Shown piece by piece: positions 60,684-64,000 of a stretch of 64,000 nt of DNA. The DNA comes from a virus. The DNA is taken from IMG/VR virus record IMGVR_UViG_3300042691_041392; one strand, given 5' to 3'. A program made the translations under genes and the position numbers. Within the stretch, counting starts at the first letter, position 1, and each line of letters starts with the position of its first letter. Below the pieces are notes generated by a model. The model ran no database searches. It was not told the DNA's origin and saw only the letters and a program-made list of their open reading frames with translations.

Positions 60684-62435
60684 TTAAAATTCAAACTCAC
60701 TACCACCTTGAGCACCACCACCTTGAGCTGGAGGAGCTTCGGGAGCCGCTTGTCCACCACCTTGAGCAGGAGCCTCAGGAGCCGCTTGTCCACCGGCTTG
60801 AGCACCACCTTGAGCACCCATTTCACCACCGACTTGAGCACCACCTTGAGCACCCATTTCACCACCGACTTGAGCACCACCTTGAGCACCCGGAGCGGCT
60901 CCGGCGCCAGCAGCATCTTTAGCCCAATATTTCTGGTTTTCAGCTTTTTCTTCAGGTGTTAATTTAAATACGTGATCCATTATCCATTCAATATGGAAAT
61001 AAGGTTTTTCACCATTCATAATACCAGTAAGTGTACCAATTGCTTCAGCTCTTTTAGCTAAATTATTAATCTTTTTCCACTCTTCAAAAATTTGATTTGA
61101 GTTGAAATCAATATCTATCTCATTCATTATAATATCATCTTCTCTGAGTTCTGGAAATTCAACTAACATTTGTAGTTTAAGAGGTTTTACTATAATTTCT
61201 TTAAAATTTGCTCTTAATCTACCAATAAAATTATGAAACTTAACTTCATCATTTGTCATACCAGCTTGATCAGCAACAAAAGTACCACCACCACCTTCAG
61301 CTTCAAATCGATTAATTGGAATTTTAGAAGCTCTTTTAAGTGCCATGTGAAACCACTTCAACATACCATCTTCATTTATATCATGTCCTTGAGGAGCAAC
61401 TAATTCCATATTAGGAGTACCAGCATCACCATCAGGAAACCATACTTGTTTATTATACGGAATATGTTTAGCACCATTTATAGAAATTGTACCCAATGTA
61501 TCATCAAATTCAATTTCTTCTGAATAATCTTGTATCAATTGACCTATTTGTTCTTCCGCCTTTTGTCTAGATAAACCTTTGATCGGAATAGTAAATTTTT
61601 GATAGACAGTAGCATTCATTATATTAAACATAATTCTTGTTTGCTCAAGAATTTTTAACTGGTTATAAGGTTTAATTAAACCTTCAACATATGAAGTCTC
61701 AGAAAAATCATTTTGAGTTGAATATGAAATAAATGCTATTTGAGAATCTAAAAATATTCTTCTCAACTGCGGATCTTCAGGAAACTGAATCCATAAGTGA
61801 CCAACGTTTGGTTCATAAGCTGGTACAATACTTTCTGGTTTTAACCTATTAAATGCGATTATATTCTTCTTTTTATCATCCCAAACTAATTCAACTGCCA
61901 AATAACCATCTATAAGAAAGTCTCTCATCATGTTAAAAGCAGTAACACTATCTGAAAATCCAAACTTATTATATATTTTTTCAAAAAATTCTTGATATTT
62001 ATCTTTTATATCTTGTGAATAGTCAGAAGATAATGGTGATGGTGAACAAAAGTCTTTAGTATCATTATAAACAATGGACTCATCCGCGATAGCACTAATA
62101 AAATCTCTAATTTCATCTTTAATTGAATATTCTCTTAGTATTCTTCTTTTATCAGGATAAGACTTATCCAAATAAGGTATAGATTTTCTATTTAAAACCG
62201 AAGCAACCGCTCTTTGAGAAAAGAAGTCATACATTGAACTACCTCTCGCTGCATAAGGATCTTCGTTAATACCAACACCAACTTGATTTCTGATGATCAT
62301 ATCATCGTAGTTCATACCATAGTTAGATAAGTTTCTTAATATTCTACTAAAAAGACCTTTATTTTCTACAGCGGAATTCACAAAACCCATTCCACCTTGA
62401 GAGTTATTATTATTTGTATAATTATATGAAGCCAT
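60684..62435 (-). CDS. Portal protein (T4 gp20-like) with G/A/Q/P-rich tail
   Basis: 'IDG', 'IKPYNQLKILE', 'RASKIPINRF', 'DEVKFHNFIGRLR' and 'PLKLQM'. Confidence 0.92.
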   Translation of the reverse strand: MASYNYTNNNNSQGGMGFVNSAVENKGLFSRILRNLSNYGMNYDDMIIRNQVGVGINEDPYAARGSSMYDFFSQRAVASVLNRKSIPYLDKSYPDKRRILREYSIKDEIRDFISAIADESIVYNDTKDFCSPSPLSSDYSQDIKDKYQEFFEKIYNKFGFSDSVTAFNMMRDFLIDGYLAVELVWDDKKKNIIAFNRLKPESIVPAYEPNVGHLWIQFPEDPQLRRIFLDSQIAFISYSTQNDFSETSYVEGLIKPYNQLKILEQTRIMFNIMNATVYQKFTIPIKGLSRQKAEEQIGQLIQDYSEEIEFDDTLGTISINGAKHIPYNKQVWFPDGDAGTPNMELVAPQGHDINEDGMLKWFHMALKRASKIPINRFEAEGGGGTFVADQAGMTNDEVKFHNFIGRLRANFKEIIVKPLKLQMLVEFPELREDDIIMNEIDIDFNSNQIFEEWKKINNLAKRAEAIGTLTGIMNGEKPYFHIEWIMDHVFKLTPEEKAENQKYWAKDAAGAGAAPGAQGGAQVGGEMGAQGGAQVGGEMGAQGGAQAGGQAAPEAPAQGGGQAAPEAPPAQGGGAQGGSEFEF

Positions 62436-62488
62436 TAAAAATTATAAATTTTAATGGTATATATAAAAATATGAACTCCCTAAAATGA

Positions 62489-62514
62489 AAAAAGAGACCC
62501 AAAGGTCTCTTTTT
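62489..62514 (-). terminator. Terminator hairpin
   Basis: aaaagagacc-caaa-ggtctctttt. Confidence 0.7.
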
Positions 62515-62739
62515 CTATATTCCTAATTCATTCAGTTTATTATCTCTCAACTTTTCTTTTAGTCTAAGTTCGTAGTCTTCTAACTTTACACTAAAACTAT
62601 TAGACCAAATAAGTTCTCTATAAGGGGCCATTATCCACTCATTGTGTAAATAAACATTTTCAAAAATGATATTTTTTCTTTTTACAGTAGGATCTTTCTC
62701 AATAATAAAATCCTTAATTAATTCATAATCATACTTCAT
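62515..62739 (-). CDS. Small protein ending RDNKLNELGI
   Basis: 74 aa. Confidence 0.7.
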   Translation of the reverse strand: MKYDYELIKDFIIEKDPTVKRKNIIFENVYLHNEWIMAPYRELIWSNSFSVKLEDYELRLKEKLRDNKLNELGI

Positions 62740-62743
62740 ACTC

Positions 62744-63190
62744 TTAGATATAAAAAGTTCTATTTACAACATTCAAACTATTCACTGATATCTCACTTTC
62801 TTTCAAGACGTTTCTAATGTCTTTATTATAATTAGTTAAGTGATAAAATAACTTAGTAAAGTTTTTAACAGATGATCTGTTTTTAAAAAGGTTACCATCA
62901 CACCAAACAATTTCACCATTTTGTTTTAAGGTACAATTAATTCTGTGAGTATTTTGACCTGAAGTGAAAATGAACATAACCGTAATTGCTTCTTTTTCTC
63001 TTAAAACCCTAACAGAATGAAAAATAGCATTATCAAAAGCTTTTACTTTACCAACTAAAATATCAAACTTTAGATCTTCAATTTTCTTTTGCTCAATTAA
63101 ATTAGCATGTTCAATAAGTCTTTTAGCTAAATCATTTTGACCAAATGCTGATACTTTTTCAGATGCTGATACGTAAGTAGAATATTTCAT
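62744..63190 (-). CDS. Hypothetical protein
   Basis: 148 aa, with a TATCTTTGTA promoter at 63213-63222. Confidence 0.7.
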   Translation of the reverse strand: MKYSTYVSASEKVSAFGQNDLAKRLIEHANLIEQKKIEDLKFDILVGKVKAFDNAIFHSVRVLREKEAITVMFIFTSGQNTHRINCTLKQNGEIVWCDGNLFKNRSSVKNFTKLFYHLTNYNKDIRNVLKESEISVNSLNVVNRTFYI

Positions 63191-63240
63191 ATTTATAGAT
63201 TTTTAATAACTATACAAAGATAGTAATTTTTTAATCTAAT

Positions 63241-63927
63241 TTAAAATCTCCTTAAAGAATTTTTTATCCTTTGTATATGTCCTTTTAATGCTTCATATTG
63301 AGCTTTGATTTTACCATCAACATCATAAAAATCAGAAATAAGAGCTTGTACCATCTCATTATGTCGTTGATCTCTTGTCTCTAATTTAGCATTCCATATC
63401 TGCATTAGTTTTTGAGGATCATATACGGCCTTTGGGTGTTGTGAATATAAAAATCTTGGAATTTGACTCATGTGTATTTTATGACATCTATAAATCTGTA
63501 TAGCATTATACTCCATTAAAGAATACTCAAATTTCCATTTTAATAGTTCTTTATACATCCCATCATAAGTAACTTTCAGAAAGGTATCATTGTCAAAAAA
63601 CTCATCTTTGAAATAAGGATCAAAGATAGCACTTCTTATTTGTAGTGGTATAAAGTTTAAATTAACACCAAATATGATAACTTTATTATCAAATTTTTTA
63701 TAACTAACAACAAATACAGGTGAATACTCCATCCATTTAGAAGGGTCTTTATAATGAATAAAATAAAAACCACCTGGTTTTATATCAGAGACATTTATAG
63801 CTTTAAACATCTTATCACTCTTACTCCACTTATCTAAAAACTCAAGTGAATTGTTTTTAAAATTTTCTTCTAATCCGTTACCATGTACCAATAAACTTAA
63901 TTTAACTCTTTCTTCTAAAGCACCCAT
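63241..63927 (-). CDS. Possible DNA end protector (T4 gp2-like)
   Basis: 'PGGFYFIHY...PVFVV...GVNLNFIP..IR' resembles the gp2 family; near the portal gene. Confidence 0.5.
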   Translation of the reverse strand: MGALEERVKLSLLVHGNGLEENFKNNSLEFLDKWSKSDKMFKAINVSDIKPGGFYFIHYKDPSKWMEYSPVFVVSYKKFDNKVIIFGVNLNFIPLQIRSAIFDPYFKDEFFDNDTFLKVTYDGMYKELLKWKFEYSLMEYNAIQIYRCHKIHMSQIPRFLYSQHPKAVYDPQKLMQIWNAKLETRDQRHNEMVQALISDFYDVDGKIKAQYEALKGHIQRIKNSLRRF

Positions 63928-64000
63928 AGAAAGTTTTTTCTTTTATATATAAATAAAATGAAATAAACTTATGTTAAATTCCAAGCCAAATAATTCAAAA

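Noticed and set aside
60554-60962. Repetitive overlapping ORFs at the portal 3' end
   Set aside because: Off-frame readings of the portal tail repeats.
1-64000. Stop-codon reassignment or a diversity-generating retroelement
   Set aside because: Genes are intact in code 11 with dense packing. No reverse transcriptase or TR/VR pair was seen.

Overview
This is a 64 kb AT-rich segment of a large T4-like (Tevenvirinae-related, probably jumbo) myophage. It uses the standard genetic code. TAnnTTTG promoters and A-rich, SD-less leaders point to a Bacteroidota host. It holds replication and repair genes: a gp41 helicase fractured by a split intein plus homing endonuclease, only the N-half of a family B polymerase, a DinG-like helicase, ThyA, an Fpg/Nei-like glycosylase, a PolA-like protein and Dam. 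It also holds six free-standing homing endonucleases, a glycosyltransferase cluster next to Gly-Thr-Ser collagen-like fibre genes, a tmRNA, RNase R, an NFACT-R protein and the head module (gp23, gp21-scaffold fusion, gp20). The most unusual signal is a shared short peptide motif, R-[DEN]-x-K-[IL]-x-x-[IL]-[LF], carried by about 11 dispersed, otherwise unrelated ORFs. Several of them are degenerate copies of core phage proteins (three capsid-derived, one dead prohead protease, one RecA/DnaB-like), which suggests a tagged decoy or adaptor system. A second, non-overlapping set of late genes carries an N-terminal capsid-targeting-like motif. All assignments come from motif recognition by eye; no searches were run.
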